Positions 43,663 through 54,835 of a stretch of 64,000 nucleotides of DNA are shown piece after piece. Every line of letters starts with the position of its first letter. Position 1 is the stretch's first letter. This stretch comes from Diplonema japonicum (taxonomy: Eukaryota > Protista > Euglenozoa: Diplonemea). The stretch lies in assembly GCA_964019335.1 (NCBI GenBank), contig OZ025756.1, positions 124,001-188,000 on the forward strand. Direction: 5' to 3'. The translations under genes and the position numbers were made by a program. The notes under the pieces are model-generated. The model was given only the letters and a program-made list of their open reading frames with translations. It ran no database searches and was not told the origin of the DNA.

Positions 43663-45786
43663 CTAAAAAACACCAGTTGCATTCACATCTATGTCCACAT
43701 CTATGTCCAGTAGGCGCAGCTTAGTACCGTCAGTTTCATAGAAACCCGTATCTAGGATTCTGAGCCCCTCCATCCTTGCCTCTGTGGGGAAGGGAGTAGC
43801 ATAGTAGCACAGAACACCATGTGATTCAGCACGACAGCAAAGTGAACTGCTCACCACCACACCAGTTCCAAGAACAGTCACAAACAGCTGCCTTTTGTTG
43901 CCCACCGTCCCGTGAAACATGGTGCTCGTCGACATCCCCACATGGATCGAGGCATCATCCCCAAGGTCAGCAGACACCCCAAGTGTCTTCACAAACACCA
44001 ACGAGTTCTCAACATGTGTGGGGCATGGTTTGGTGCAGTTCCAGCTGACGGCGATCCTGTTCCCTTGAAGTGACACCACTGCTCCGTGTGACCTCTCCGT
44101 GCACGTCAGTGTCTTCGAAAGCCAGGTATTCATCGCACTACCCACTTCGCTGCCTGACTTGTAACGCATAAGCACAATCTCAACCTTCGCAACAGTTGCG
44201 CAGGTGCTCGCCAGCGTCGGGTCATCGTTATGAAAACTATATAAGCTACCAGGCTGCGATTGCCTTTCGGGCTCGTCATAAACCTTAGACCCCAGTTTCC
44301 TGTCCCGTCTTTTGAGGAGAAGCTGCTGCTCAATAAATAACCTCCTTTCACGGTGTGCTTCGGGGAGGAGCATAGACGGGTAAACCATGCTGGCTACACC
44401 CTTCAGTTCAGTCTGCCCCATCGGGATGACAGAGACAGAGTCAAGGGGACCAACAGCCTCCATCACCTCAGGAGTGACAGCAACAGCCCCACCCACACAG
44501 ACCCCTTCCATCCGAGCAGCCTTGTTCACAGTGTTCCCAAAGTAGTCGTACCTCCCTGTCAGGTTGTTCAGTTGTACCGAAACATCACCACAGTGAACAC
44601 CCACACGAACCCTGAGACCACACCAAGGGCCTTCAGCATCCCACGAACAGTGGTCAACAGTGTCCAAGAGCTCCTCAGGCCACACACTGTTCACAAGCCT
44701 CTCCTGAACAGACAGACCGAACCACACCGCATCAGAAGCACTCTCAAAGGCCACCATGAAGGAGTCCCCAATGGTCTTCACCTCGTACCCATTGTGCTCA
44801 GCGATGCAGTCCCGTATTGCCTGGTTGTGAACCTGAAGTCCCTCCTTCATCCCTTCTGGACATGCCTCCCATGTTGCCGTCGATCCTTGGATGTCGGTGA
44901 AGACAAGGGTTGCCTTCTCGGATTTAAGACCAGGTGCGGTGACCTCAGAGTAGCGCCTTTTGCCCTCGCTGTGCATGCTGTGGAAGAGTGCATCGGGGAG
45001 GTAAGGGCGGTACATCTCAAGGTTTTCAAGTATGCTGCTGAAGGCGTCGTAAAGGGGAGGGGGGAGGGAGGAGGTTGAAAGGATAGCCTCGGCTACTTCA
45101 AGGTCGAAGCGGGAGAGGGAGGTCGCGATGTCCTCTGTGGTAACAATCACCTTGTTCATCTTGTCGTGCTCCCGTCTGAGGTTGCTGGAAAAGCTGCGGG
45201 TGAAGTAGAAGTCGAGGAGGAAGACCATACATTGGTCTGCATACATGGTGAGTGAGCTGCCCAAGTACAGGGGGCAGGGCAGAGTGGCGCAATCTACAAC
45301 GGCGCGACGGTCTTCCTGTGGAGTAAGGAAGGCAAGATCGAAGAGGCCAAAACGGTAGGTGCCTTCAAAAGCCAGACAGCCAAGCCACATCATTAAGCAA
45401 ACCACAATATAGTTCGTAACGCGTGTGGGCAGGTGACAGACTAGACACAAATCTATAAGAATGACAAAGAAAGGCCACGCGCGTCCACCCTTCATGGAAG
45501 TTACCATCATGAGGTCAGACATAAGGAACAGTGCACTCAAGACGTACATCAAGATCTCAACCAGCCCATAGCGCACCTTCTTTTCCACCATCAGCTGGAA
45601 GAATAAAAGCAACGAGCTCGTCATGACAGCTAGACGCCTCAGCTGCAGCACCGGAGGGCCTCCGATGAAGAGATAGAAGGCACAGATCACGATGTTGACC
45701 ACACCCCCTGCGGTGAGGATCTTCTTGACATAGACAGTGTGTGAGTCATCGGTGGGTAGAATAAGTCGTAGTGCCTTGCATTGCAT
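43663..45786 (-). CDS. Polytopic adenylate cyclase
   Basis: 707 aa; all catalytic motifs and the degenerate second domain. Confidence 0.93.
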   Translation of the reverse strand: MQCKALRLILPTDDSHTVYVKKILTAGGVVNIVICAFYLFIGGPPVLQLRRLAVMTSSLLLFFQLMVEKKVRYGLVEILMYVLSALFLMSDLMMVTSMKGGRAWPFFVILIDLCLVCHLPTRVTNYIVVCLMMWLGCLAFEGTYRFGLFDLAFLTPQEDRRAVVDCATLPCPLYLGSSLTMYADQCMVFLLDFYFTRSFSSNLRREHDKMNKVIVTTEDIATSLSRFDLEVAEAILSTSSLPPPLYDAFSSILENLEMYRPYLPDALFHSMHSEGKRRYSEVTAPGLKSEKATLVFTDIQGSTATWEACPEGMKEGLQVHNQAIRDCIAEHNGYEVKTIGDSFMVAFESASDAVWFGLSVQERLVNSVWPEELLDTVDHCSWDAEGPWCGLRVRVGVHCGDVSVQLNNLTGRYDYFGNTVNKAARMEGVCVGGAVAVTPEVMEAVGPLDSVSVIPMGQTELKGVASMVYPSMLLPEAHRERRLFIEQQLLLKRRDRKLGSKVYDEPERQSQPGSLYSFHNDDPTLASTCATVAKVEIVLMRYKSGSEVGSAMNTWLSKTLTCTERSHGAVVSLQGNRIAVSWNCTKPCPTHVENSLVFVKTLGVSADLGDDASIHVGMSTSTMFHGTVGNKRQLFVTVLGTGVVVSSSLCCRAESHGVLCYYATPFPTEARMEGLRILDTGFYETDGTKLRLLDIDVDIDVNATGVF

Positions 45787-45984
45787 TGTTCCCCCCCCCC
45801 CCCCCCTAGGCCTGAGTATGGGTTTATGTCATGGGGGGGAGGGGGGGGGGGGGGGGGGTAATAAATAAAAGAAAGCAGTCCGTAGAAAAAAGGATAAATC
45901 ACATATTTTCATTACCTTCTTATTTTCTTTTTTTTCTTTTTTTTCTTTTTTAGAGGAACGAGGGAGCGGCATATAAAACGTTCG

Positions 45985-47661
45985 TTAGTTGTGGCCCACT
46001 TTTAAATGAACATGGGTAACAAGACCACATTCTAATTTCTTTCCCTCCCCATTTCTTTTTTTTTTAAAAAAAGCTTCGAGATGTAAAGCAGCATGCATTG
46101 TCGAGGTGCTTGAGAGAGATGCTTCATCACAAGCACATCTCTTGTCCGTAACCCATAGCTTCCTGTCCTCCCTCTTCAGGAGGAGCTGCTGCTCCACAAA
46201 GGACTTCCTCCCAAGAAGGGATCGGGGGAGGAGAAGGAAGGGGCTTGTCACACCACCCACACCCTTCAGTTCAGTCTGCCCCATCGGGATGACAGAGACA
46301 GAGTCAAGGGGACCAACAGCCTCCATCACCTCAGGAGTGACAGCAACAGCCCCACCCACACAGACCCCTTCCATCCGAGCCGCCTTGTTCACAGTGTTCC
46401 CAAAGTAGTCGTACCTCCCTGTCAGGTTGTTCAGTTGTACCGAAACATCACCACAGTGAACACCCACACGAACCCTGAGACCACACCAAGGGCCTTCAGC
46501 ATCCCACGAACAGTGGTCAACAGTGTCCAAGAGCTCCTCAGGCCACACACTGTTCACAAGCCTCTCCTGAACAGACAGACCGAACCACACCGCATCAGAA
46601 GTACTCTCGAAGGCCACCATGAAAGCATCCCCAATGGTCTTCACCTCGTACCCATTGTGCTCAGCGATGCAGTCCCGTATTGCCTGGTTGTGAACTTGAA
46701 GTCCCTCCTTCATTCCTCCTGGACATGCCTCCCATGTTGCCGTCGATCCTTGGATGTCGGTGAAGACAAGGGCTGCTCTCTCAGATTGAAGACCAGGTGT
46801 TGCCACCACGCCATGCGTCGGGCTGCTGCAGGTGTGCATGCTGTGGAAGAGTGCATCGGGGAGGTAGGGGCGGTAGTCCTTCAGGTTTTCAAGAATCTTG
46901 TCGAAAGACTCGTAAAGGGGAGGGGGGAGGGAGGCTGTTGAGATGATGGCCTCGGCTGCTTCAAGGTCGAAGTGGGAGAGGGAGGTCGCGATGTCCTCTG
47001 TGGCGGCGATCACCTTGTTCATCTTGTCGTGTTCTTTACGAAGGCCGTGCGCGAAGCCTCGGGTGAAGTAGAAGTCGAGGAGGATGATAAGGAGCTGAGC
47101 CACTGTGGTTTCACCACCAAGTGTGATGTCCCGAGTGCAAGGGAGGGAGGAGCAGATCACAAGTTCACGACGGTCTGCCTGAGAAGGGAGGAGGGGGAGG
47201 TCAAACAGCCCGAATCTGGTGGTAATCTCAATCAGAAGTAACAAAAGCCACATAGACAAAGCGGCAATGAGGTTTGTGGTGATTCGTGGGGGCAAATTAC
47301 ACACAAGGCAAATATCAATCAGAATCACGAAAAGAGGCCACGATCGGTCCCCGTTGCTGTAGGAGATATCATGCAAATCCCCCAATAGAAAGGCTACCGC
47401 AAACAAGTAAAGGCCTGCTTCAACCGACGGTCCTTGGACCCGCTTCTGCACGAGAAGTTGAAAGAGGACGAAGCAAGCTGCTGCGATGCCGACGAAGGCC
47501 CCTATGACCTGCAAGGTCCACCCCCACTTCACAAATACCAGCGCGTAGCCTATGAGAGCACCACCACCTATGGTCAGCAGCACTTTTTTCGCGAAGGTGG
47601 TATCAAGGTCATCGCTAGGTAATACCACATAACCAAAGGCGAGACGCAGCCAGCCCCACAT
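45985..47661 (-). CDS. Polytopic adenylate cyclase lacking the second (degenerate) cyclase domain
   Basis: Start MWGWLRL; TM and catalytic domains intact; homology ends in the linker at ~46090 and the frame reads into A-rich spacer. Confidence 0.8.
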   Translation of the reverse strand: MWGWLRLAFGYVVLPSDDLDTTFAKKVLLTIGGGALIGYALVFVKWGWTLQVIGAFVGIAAACFVLFQLLVQKRVQGPSVEAGLYLFAVAFLLGDLHDISYSNGDRSWPLFVILIDICLVCNLPPRITTNLIAALSMWLLLLLIEITTRFGLFDLPLLPSQADRRELVICSSLPCTRDITLGGETTVAQLLIILLDFYFTRGFAHGLRKEHDKMNKVIAATEDIATSLSHFDLEAAEAIISTASLPPPLYESFDKILENLKDYRPYLPDALFHSMHTCSSPTHGVVATPGLQSERAALVFTDIQGSTATWEACPGGMKEGLQVHNQAIRDCIAEHNGYEVKTIGDAFMVAFESTSDAVWFGLSVQERLVNSVWPEELLDTVDHCSWDAEGPWCGLRVRVGVHCGDVSVQLNNLTGRYDYFGNTVNKAARMEGVCVGGAVAVTPEVMEAVGPLDSVSVIPMGQTELKGVGGVTSPFLLLPRSLLGRKSFVEQQLLLKREDRKLWVTDKRCACDEASLSSTSTMHAALHLEAFFKKKRNGEGKKLECGLVTHVHLKVGHN

Positions 47662-47997
47662 GATGGGACCTGTGTGGGATATATTATAACGGAACAGAAA
47701 AATGGTAGAAGAAGAAGTGTGGGGGTGTTGGCTCGCTACAAAAATATGGTAGGCGGCCCACCAGTTTAAAAGAAGTTTTTTTTTTCTCTCTTTTTTTTTT
47801 TTTTCCTTTCTGACAAATACCAAAAGATACTTATTATCGTGCTCTGGTCGGGAATTAATTTTATCTTTTTTTTTTCTTTTTTTTTTTTTCCCGTACTCTA
47901 CTACCGGCATCTTTAGCCATTTGAGGACGTTTTTCAAATGGAAAGTCAGAACCTCGTTCGACCTCAGCATGTGTTGCACCCCCCCCCTCCCCCCCCC

Positions 47998-48352
47998 CCT
48001 ATGCTGGCATGGAAACGCGTTTCCATGCATTTTTTGAAAAAAAGGGAAACGGAAACGGAAACGGAAACGTTTCCTTATGTTTCCTTTAGAAGGAAGCCGT
48101 TTCCATAAGAATTTTGAAAAGTATGGAAACGGAAACGGGAACGGAAACGGAAACGTTTCCGCGTTTCCTGCCAGCATAGCCCCCCCCAGGGCTATGCTGG
48201 CAAGAAACTGGGAAACGTGTTTCCGTATCTGTTTCCTTATTTTTCAAGTACTGAAACGGCCCAAAATAAGGAAATGTTTCCGTTTTCCTTATTTTCAAAA
48301 AAGAAAAAAGGAAAAAAGCTTGGAAACGCGTTTCCTTGCCAGCATAGCCCTA
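47998..48352. mobile_element. Two tandem family B MITEs (hAT-like)
   Basis: ctatgctggca...tgccagcatag inverted ends occur twice (47998-48183, 48187-48352); tandem ggaaac/aaacgg subterminal repeats. Confidence 0.8.
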
Positions 48353-49038
48353 GGCATAGTGGTGAAACAACTCGCATGCGAGAATGCGAGGACGATTCTC
48401 GCACCAAATCCTCGCACATTCTCGCATGCGAGAATGATGCGAGAATCTTTTTTGGCTGAAAACTTCAACAGGGAACCTGGTAACCAGTGCCCGAGTGTCA
48501 AAAATCTTCGAAGGACCTCAACAGGCAGTGCTTTGCCCCGTGGTGGGGCAGGAGTTCATAGCGGGTGGGCGATGTCGTGTTTGGTCGCAGGCACCACTAA
48601 CCACCAAGCAGCAAACACGCCTTCCCAGCATCCCATTGGTGGAGCTCGCGCACATGAAGATACCGACACCAGACACGCTGCTGGCAAAGGGGCCCGGATT
48701 CGAGAAGGAGACAAGGGCTCGAGAAGAGTAAAATAAAGCATCGAAAAGACCCTGTTGCCGTTAAGCACAGACGCCACCAGTGCCAAACATTTCTGGGCTG
48801 GTCGGATACTCAGAGGAGCCCCTCCTCCCCCTGGACATCAAGGAGGGTGAATCACACACGGGGGCGGACGTGAACGCACTGATCGCGTTAGTTCGAGGGG
48901 GGTTATTTTTGACACATGCACACCTGAAGTGCACACTAGCATGTGTGAGAATCGTGCGAGAATGCGACGTCGTTTTGCGAGAATTTCGGCTCAGATTTTT
49001 TTTGTGCGAGAATGCGACTCACTTCACTACTATGCCTA
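48351..49038. mobile_element. Non-autonomous TIR element, family C
   Basis: TIRs taggcatagtggtgaa / ttcactactatgccta; tgcgagaat subterminal repeats at both ends; ~430-bp unrelated GC-rich interior. Confidence 0.8.
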
Positions 49039-49056
49039 GAGGGGTCATAAGGGGGT

Positions 49057-49103
<47 letters not shown>

Positions 49104-49129
49104 CATTTTTCAGTTTTTTTGCTAAGGGC

Positions 49130-49341
49130 ATTTTGGGCCCTTAAAAAACTCTAACCACCCCCAAAAGACGACAACGGGGCCCCCAAAAATTAGAACATCC
49201 TGGTCCTGAAAACCATGGGGAAACGGGGGTTTGGGTGAGCACTTTTGGGGTTAGAGTTTTTTTAAGGGCCTAAAATACGCCATTGCGAAAAAGAAATTCG
49301 ATAAAGTTTCAGTGCATGGGGGGTGCTTACTGTTCAAGTAG
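49130..49341. repeat. Foldback element plus family D motif
   Basis: Arms attttgggcccttaaaaaactctaacc (49130-49156) and ggttagagtttttttaagggcctaaaat (to 49276). Confidence 0.7.
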
Positions 49342-49837
49342 ATAAAAGAAACGTCACCCCTTGATGCCGACCAAGGGAAGCTTTGAACTTTTTTTTGGGG
49401 GGGGGAAGACTAACCGGCCAGCAGTAACAGACCAACATCCTGGAGCGAAATGAGAAATACGAAAGGAGAAGGGTTCAAAAAAGAAGAAAAAAAAAAAAAT
49501 AAAAAGAGTCTTAATCCATCTCTTCAGGCTGTTCTATCCTTGAAAATATTGAATTTTCTTTTCTCCTCCCTCCCAAAAAAAAAAAAAACCGGACTACGAA
49601 AAGAGGGGGGGGGGGGGGGGGGGGGGGTGTCACCTCATACTATTTTAAGTAGGAATTTTGCACAAATGAGAAAATGTGTATAAAAGTGAATACAATCACT
49701 CCCCCTCACCCATAAAAAGCCAAAAAGCTGCTTCTTGTAACACCTTGGTGTTCATGGCACTTTTTTGACCGAGTCGAGAAATAAAAGAGCCACCAAATCA
49801 TCCCAGCTCCAGTGGTATTATAAGTGCAACCCCACCT

Positions 49838-51988
49838 TCAAGCAGAACCAAAGGATGCAATCGAAGTTCTAGTCGTCTCTGCGACACAGCTCACTTGCTG
49901 TAGATACAACGCCGTCCCATTAGGGGCCTCCTGTGTGTCTTCTTCTGTAATACTTAGTCCCTCCATCTCAGAAACAAGGAAGGGGGATATATAGTAGCAC
50001 AGAACGTCCTTCGCCACGGCATCGCTGCACAGTGAACTGCTCACCACCACACCAGTTCCAAGAACAGTCACAAACTTCTGCCTCTTGTCCCCCACTGTCC
50101 CGTGAAAAATGGTGCTCGTCGACATCCCCACATGGATCGAGGCCTCACCCCCAAGGCCAGCAGACACCCCAAGCATCTTCACAAACACCAACGAGTTCTC
50201 AACATGTGTGGGGCATGGTTTGGTGCAGTTCCAGCAGACAGCAACCCTGTTCCCCTGAAGCGACACCACTGCTCCGTGTGACCTCTCCGTGCACGTCAGT
50301 ATCCTTGCAAGCCCGTTGTTCACAATGGCACCGACTTCGCTGCCTGACTCGTAGCTCTTTAACGCAACCTCAACCTTCCCTACAGTGGCACAGGTGCTCA
50401 CCTGCAGGGTTGGTGTGCCTGCATTTGAAGTATTGGAGTGCCAACTTTTAAAACTTGAAGTTATTGACAAGGCATTTTTAGTACTAACGAACGTCCTGTC
50501 CTCCATTTTCAGGAGGAGCTGCTGCTCCACAAAGTCCTTCCTCCCAAGAAGCTCGTACGGCAGCAGAATGAAGGGGTTTACAAAGCCTCTCACACCCTTC
50601 AGTTCGGTTGGACCCATCGGGATAGAGGCTACACGCTCAAGAGGGCCTACTTCATGCAAGACCTCAGGAGTGACAGCAACAGCCCCACCCACACAGACCC
50701 CTTCCATCCGAGCCGCCTTGTTCACAGTGTTCCCAAAGTAGTCGTACCTCCCTGTCAGGTTGTTCAGTTGTACCGAAACATCACCACAGTGAACACCCAC
50801 ACGAACCCTGAGACCACACCAAGGGCCTTTGAGTCTCCACGAACAGCATTCTAGTGACAGCAGGTCTGCAGGCCACACACTGTCGAGAAGCCTCTCCTGA
50901 ACAGACAGACCGAACCACACCGCATCAGAAGTACTCTCAAAGGCCACCATGAAGGAGTCCCCAATGGTCTTCACCTCGTACCCATTGTGCTCAGCGATGC
51001 AGTCCCGTATTGCCTTGTTGTGAATCTGAAGTCCCTCTTGCATCCCTTCTGGACATGCCTCCCATGTTGCCGTCGATCCTTGGATGTCGGTGAAGACAAG
51101 GCTTGCTCGTTGTGAATTGAGCCCGGGGACAGGGGTGCTCTGAGGTTGCCCTTCGGTGCTGGAGTCGCTGTGCATGCTGTGGAAGAGTGCATCGGGGATG
51201 TAGGGGCGGTAGCCTTTCAAGTTGTCAAGAATCTTGCTGAAGGCGTCGTAAAGGGGAGGGGGGAGGGAGGCGGTTGAGATGATGTCCTCGGCTGCCTCAA
51301 GGTCGAAGCGGGAGAGGGAGGTCGCGATGTCCTCTGTGGCGGTGACCACATTGTTCATCTTTTCATGCTCCGCGTAAAGCTCGTACGCAAAGCGGCGAGT
51401 GAAGTAGAAGTCGAGGAGGATGATAATGATTTGACCCTGTGTGTTCTCAAAGGACTCGGCCAGATCTAACCTGCAGGGGAGTGTGGGACACGTGACTAAT
51501 TTCAATCTGTCCTCTTGTGAAGAGAGGTACCGTATGTCGTAGAGGCCAAAACGGTAGGTAGATTCGACTAAAATAAGCAGCAGCCACAGCACAAGCATGA
51601 TGATTAAGTTCCTCGCAACACGAGACGGCATTCTGCACACAAGGCAGACGTCAATCATGATCACAAAGAAGGGCCACGCCCTGTCCCCCGTACCATATGA
51701 CACGTCAAAAAGATCAGCAGCAAGAAGCCCTGCAGCCAGAAAGTATATGGACACCTCCGCTATCCTCAGCCGGAGCCGTTTTTCTATTATTAACTGCGCG
51801 AAGACCGAGAAGAGTGCGATCATGGCCACCACGGCCCCCATCATCTCGAGGTCCCATTTCAGCAGCATCACGGTGAAGATATAACCGATGAAGGCCACAA
51901 TTGAGCCGAGCACCAACACCTTTTTGATGAATATTGTTTTCGAATCGTCTGTTTTGAGGATCACGTGCGAAAATAAAAAGAATTGCAT
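49838..51988 (-). CDS. Polytopic adenylate cyclase
   Basis: 716 aa; all catalytic motifs and the degenerate second domain. Confidence 0.93.
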   Translation of the reverse strand: MQFFLFSHVILKTDDSKTIFIKKVLVLGSIVAFIGYIFTVMLLKWDLEMMGAVVAMIALFSVFAQLIIEKRLRLRIAEVSIYFLAAGLLAADLFDVSYGTGDRAWPFFVIMIDVCLVCRMPSRVARNLIIMLVLWLLLILVESTYRFGLYDIRYLSSQEDRLKLVTCPTLPCRLDLAESFENTQGQIIIILLDFYFTRRFAYELYAEHEKMNNVVTATEDIATSLSRFDLEAAEDIISTASLPPPLYDAFSKILDNLKGYRPYIPDALFHSMHSDSSTEGQPQSTPVPGLNSQRASLVFTDIQGSTATWEACPEGMQEGLQIHNKAIRDCIAEHNGYEVKTIGDSFMVAFESTSDAVWFGLSVQERLLDSVWPADLLSLECCSWRLKGPWCGLRVRVGVHCGDVSVQLNNLTGRYDYFGNTVNKAARMEGVCVGGAVAVTPEVLHEVGPLERVASIPMGPTELKGVRGFVNPFILLPYELLGRKDFVEQQLLLKMEDRTFVSTKNALSITSSFKSWHSNTSNAGTPTLQVSTCATVGKVEVALKSYESGSEVGAIVNNGLARILTCTERSHGAVVSLQGNRVAVCWNCTKPCPTHVENSLVFVKMLGVSAGLGGEASIHVGMSTSTIFHGTVGDKRQKFVTVLGTGVVVSSSLCSDAVAKDVLCYYISPFLVSEMEGLSITEEDTQEAPNGTALYLQQVSCVAETTRTSIASFGSA

Positions 51989-52149
51989 CTTTTTGATGAA
52001 AGCCGGGCTGGAGCCCCCACCTTTCCCCCCCTGTGGTGAATGGGTTTACGTTTTTTTTTTTTTTTTTTTTTTTTCTTTTTTTTTTTTGTTGTCGGAGCCG
52101 TGATGTTCGGAATAAAGATCACATGAGGGCTTTGCTGGAAAGCAAAATG

Positions 52150-52275
52150 TTTATATGTGCGAGAGACTAACTTCAGCCTCTTGTCAAACACCAACGTGTT
52201 TCGCAATCTCTTCTCGATCATGATCTGCACGGAGAAGTCGAGGAGCCACGCAACCATACTTACAACCCTTTTATT
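52150..52275 (-). pseudogene. Possible eroded fragment of a cyclase TM region
   Basis: Translates to WLLDFSVQIMIEKRLR, similar to the paralogs' Q(L/M).IEK(R/K)LR and LLDF motifs. Confidence 0.4.
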
Positions 52276-52321
52276 CGTCTCCCGGTACACAAAGAATTGA
52301 AACAACATAGAAGAATTGTCT

Positions 52322-52367
<46 letters not shown>

Positions 52368-52514
52368 GCGGTTTTTTAATGAGGGGGCAAAAGTCAACAA
52401 ATATGAGTTGCAAAGTGAACAGGGAGTGTAAACAAGGCCACTACTACTGGAGAACACGAGCAAGTAGGGAATACACCTAAGAAGATGAGGCCGTTGTCTT
52501 TACGTATCCCATCA

Positions 52515-52547
<33 letters not shown>

Positions 52548-52589
52548 AAGAAAGAAAACAAAGAAGCAAACACACCGGAAGGTGTGAAG

Positions 52590-54734
52590 TTATTGTTCGC
52601 TATTAAATGGGAGGACTAGCTGGGCCTTGTCATCAGAGCTCACAAGATATGCCTTCTGCATGGACACCTCGCCAGGTACTTCGAAGGTACTTTCCCGCAG
52701 TATGCTGAGACCATCGATGCCGAATAGCTCGTAGGGTGAAGCATAACAGCACAGAACACCACTGGATATAGCATCACAGCAAAGTGAACTGCTCACCACC
52801 ACACCAGTTCCAAGAACAGTCACAAACAGCTGCCTTTTGCTGCCCACCGTCCCATGAAACATGGTGCTCGTCGACATCCCCACATGGATCGAGGCCTCAC
52901 CCCCAAAGTCAGCGGACACCCCAAGCATCTTCACAAACACCAACGAGTTCTCAACATGTGTGGGGCATGGTTTGGTGCAGTTCCAGCAGACAGCAACCCT
53001 GTTCCCCTGAAGCGACACCACTGCTCCGTGTGACCTCTCCGTGCACGTCAGTATCTTCGACATGCAGATATTCATTGTGCTCCCAATAAGGTGAGCCTCG
53101 TAGCTCCTAAGCACAATCTCAACCTTCCCAACAGTGGCAGTGCTCTGTTGCAGAATATTTGCAAAACTCCAGGAGCCATTGTACGACGGACTGGAGCTGG
53201 CAGTGTCGGAGACTAAGTTGTTGGGAATGTCAGTTGATACTTCTAACTTCCTGTCCTCCCTCTTCAGGAGGAGCTGCTGCTCAACAAAGGACTTCCGTTT
53301 GATTAGATTTTGAGGGACAAGAAGGAAGGGGTTTATCACACCACCCACACCCTTCAGCTCAGTCTGCCCCATCGGGATGACAGAGACAGAGTCAAGAGGA
53401 CCAACAGCCCCCATCACCTCAGGAGTGACAGCAACAGCCCCACCCACACAAGCCCCTTCCATCCGAGCCGCCTTGTTCACAGTGTTCCCAAAGTAGTCGT
53501 ACCTCCCTGTCAAGTTGTTCAGTTGTACCGAAACATCACCACAGTGAACACCCACACGAACCCTGAGACCACACCAAGGGCCTTCAGCATCCCACGAACA
53601 GTGGTCAACAGTGTCCAAGAGCTCCTCAGGCCACACACTGTTCACAAGCCTCTCCTGAACAGACAGACCGAACCACACCGCATCAGAAGTACTCTCGAAG
53701 GCCACCATGAAGGAGTCCCCAATGGTCTTCACCTCGTACCCATTGTGCTCAGCGATGCAGTCCCGTATTGCCTGGTTATGAACTTGAAGTCCCTCCTTCA
53801 TTCCTTCTGGACATGCCTCCCATGTTGCCGTCGATCCTTGGATGTCGGTGAAGACAAGGCTTGCTTGTCTTGTCGTCAATCCCGGTGCTGGTGCCTCTCT
53901 GGGTGTGCGCACTTCGCTGTGGAGCTCGTGGAAGAGTGCATCGGGGAGGTAGGGGCGATACATCTCAAGGTTGGTGAGGATCTCGCAGAAAGCGTTATAA
54001 AGGGGAGGGGGGAGGGAGGCGGTTGAGATGATGTCCTCGGCTGCCTCAAGGTCGAAGCGGGAGAGGGAGGTCGCGATTTCCTCTGTGGCGGCGATCACCT
54101 TGTTCATCTTCTCGTGTTGTACATGAAGGCCGTTCGCGAAGCCTCGGGTGAAGTAGAAGTCGAGGAGGAAAATTAAAAGCTGTCCAACAAAAATCCGGAC
54201 GCTACGTGAAATCGACACGGGGCAGGGGAGGTGGGAGCATTCACAGGACTCTCGGCGCTGCTCTTGGGAGCTGAGGAACCAAATGTCGTAAAGGCCAAAA
54301 CGATACACGTTTTCCAGCGATAGGAAGCAAAACCAGCTAGTCAAGAGGATCACTAAAGTAGTGGCAACACGATTGTCCACCCGGCATACAAGGCAGAGAT
54401 CGACTAAGACGACGAAGTAGGGCCACGACCTGTCGTGGTTTTGCACCACCAGAAGCAAGTCAGACAGCAACAGGGAAACACCCATAAATAATATCCAGGC
54501 TACCATTATGCGCCGCCGAAGCTTCTTTTCGATTAGCATCTGCAGGAAAAAAGCGAAGGACAAAACGGCCGTCACTACTCTGTGAACTCGCAACGACGGG
54601 TTGCCGCGAGCCAAGGATACTGCACCATAATATGCCGAGGCGGATGCGCTGGCCACCAACATCACTTTTTTACTAAAGGCAATCGAGGGGTCGTCCGTTG
54701 GCAGCACAACACGCTCGAACGGAAAGAGTAGCAT
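52590..54734 (-). CDS. Polytopic adenylate cyclase
   Basis: 714 aa; all motifs. Confidence 0.93.
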   Translation of the reverse strand: MLLFPFERVVLPTDDPSIAFSKKVMLVASASASAYYGAVSLARGNPSLRVHRVVTAVLSFAFFLQMLIEKKLRRRIMVAWILFMGVSLLLSDLLLVVQNHDRSWPYFVVLVDLCLVCRVDNRVATTLVILLTSWFCFLSLENVYRFGLYDIWFLSSQEQRRESCECSHLPCPVSISRSVRIFVGQLLIFLLDFYFTRGFANGLHVQHEKMNKVIAATEEIATSLSRFDLEAAEDIISTASLPPPLYNAFCEILTNLEMYRPYLPDALFHELHSEVRTPREAPAPGLTTRQASLVFTDIQGSTATWEACPEGMKEGLQVHNQAIRDCIAEHNGYEVKTIGDSFMVAFESTSDAVWFGLSVQERLVNSVWPEELLDTVDHCSWDAEGPWCGLRVRVGVHCGDVSVQLNNLTGRYDYFGNTVNKAARMEGACVGGAVAVTPEVMGAVGPLDSVSVIPMGQTELKGVGGVINPFLLVPQNLIKRKSFVEQQLLLKREDRKLEVSTDIPNNLVSDTASSSPSYNGSWSFANILQQSTATVGKVEIVLRSYEAHLIGSTMNICMSKILTCTERSHGAVVSLQGNRVAVCWNCTKPCPTHVENSLVFVKMLGVSADFGGEASIHVGMSTSTMFHGTVGSKRQLFVTVLGTGVVVSSSLCCDAISSGVLCCYASPYELFGIDGLSILRESTFEVPGEVSMQKAYLVSSDDKAQLVLPFNSEQ

Positions 54735-54835
54735 TTTCTTTTTTTCCTTTTGTTTCGTTGAAAAATAGTCTTAACCAGACAGAAACGGAGACATATGAAG
54801 CATCATGGCTGTAAAGCTATGTTGGGTTCAGCAAA

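Noticed and set aside
47662-48177. Long N-terminal extension of the 45985 ORF, and similar extensions in the ORF track
   Set aside because: It runs through MITE and poly(A) sequence; paralog alignment places the true starts downstream.
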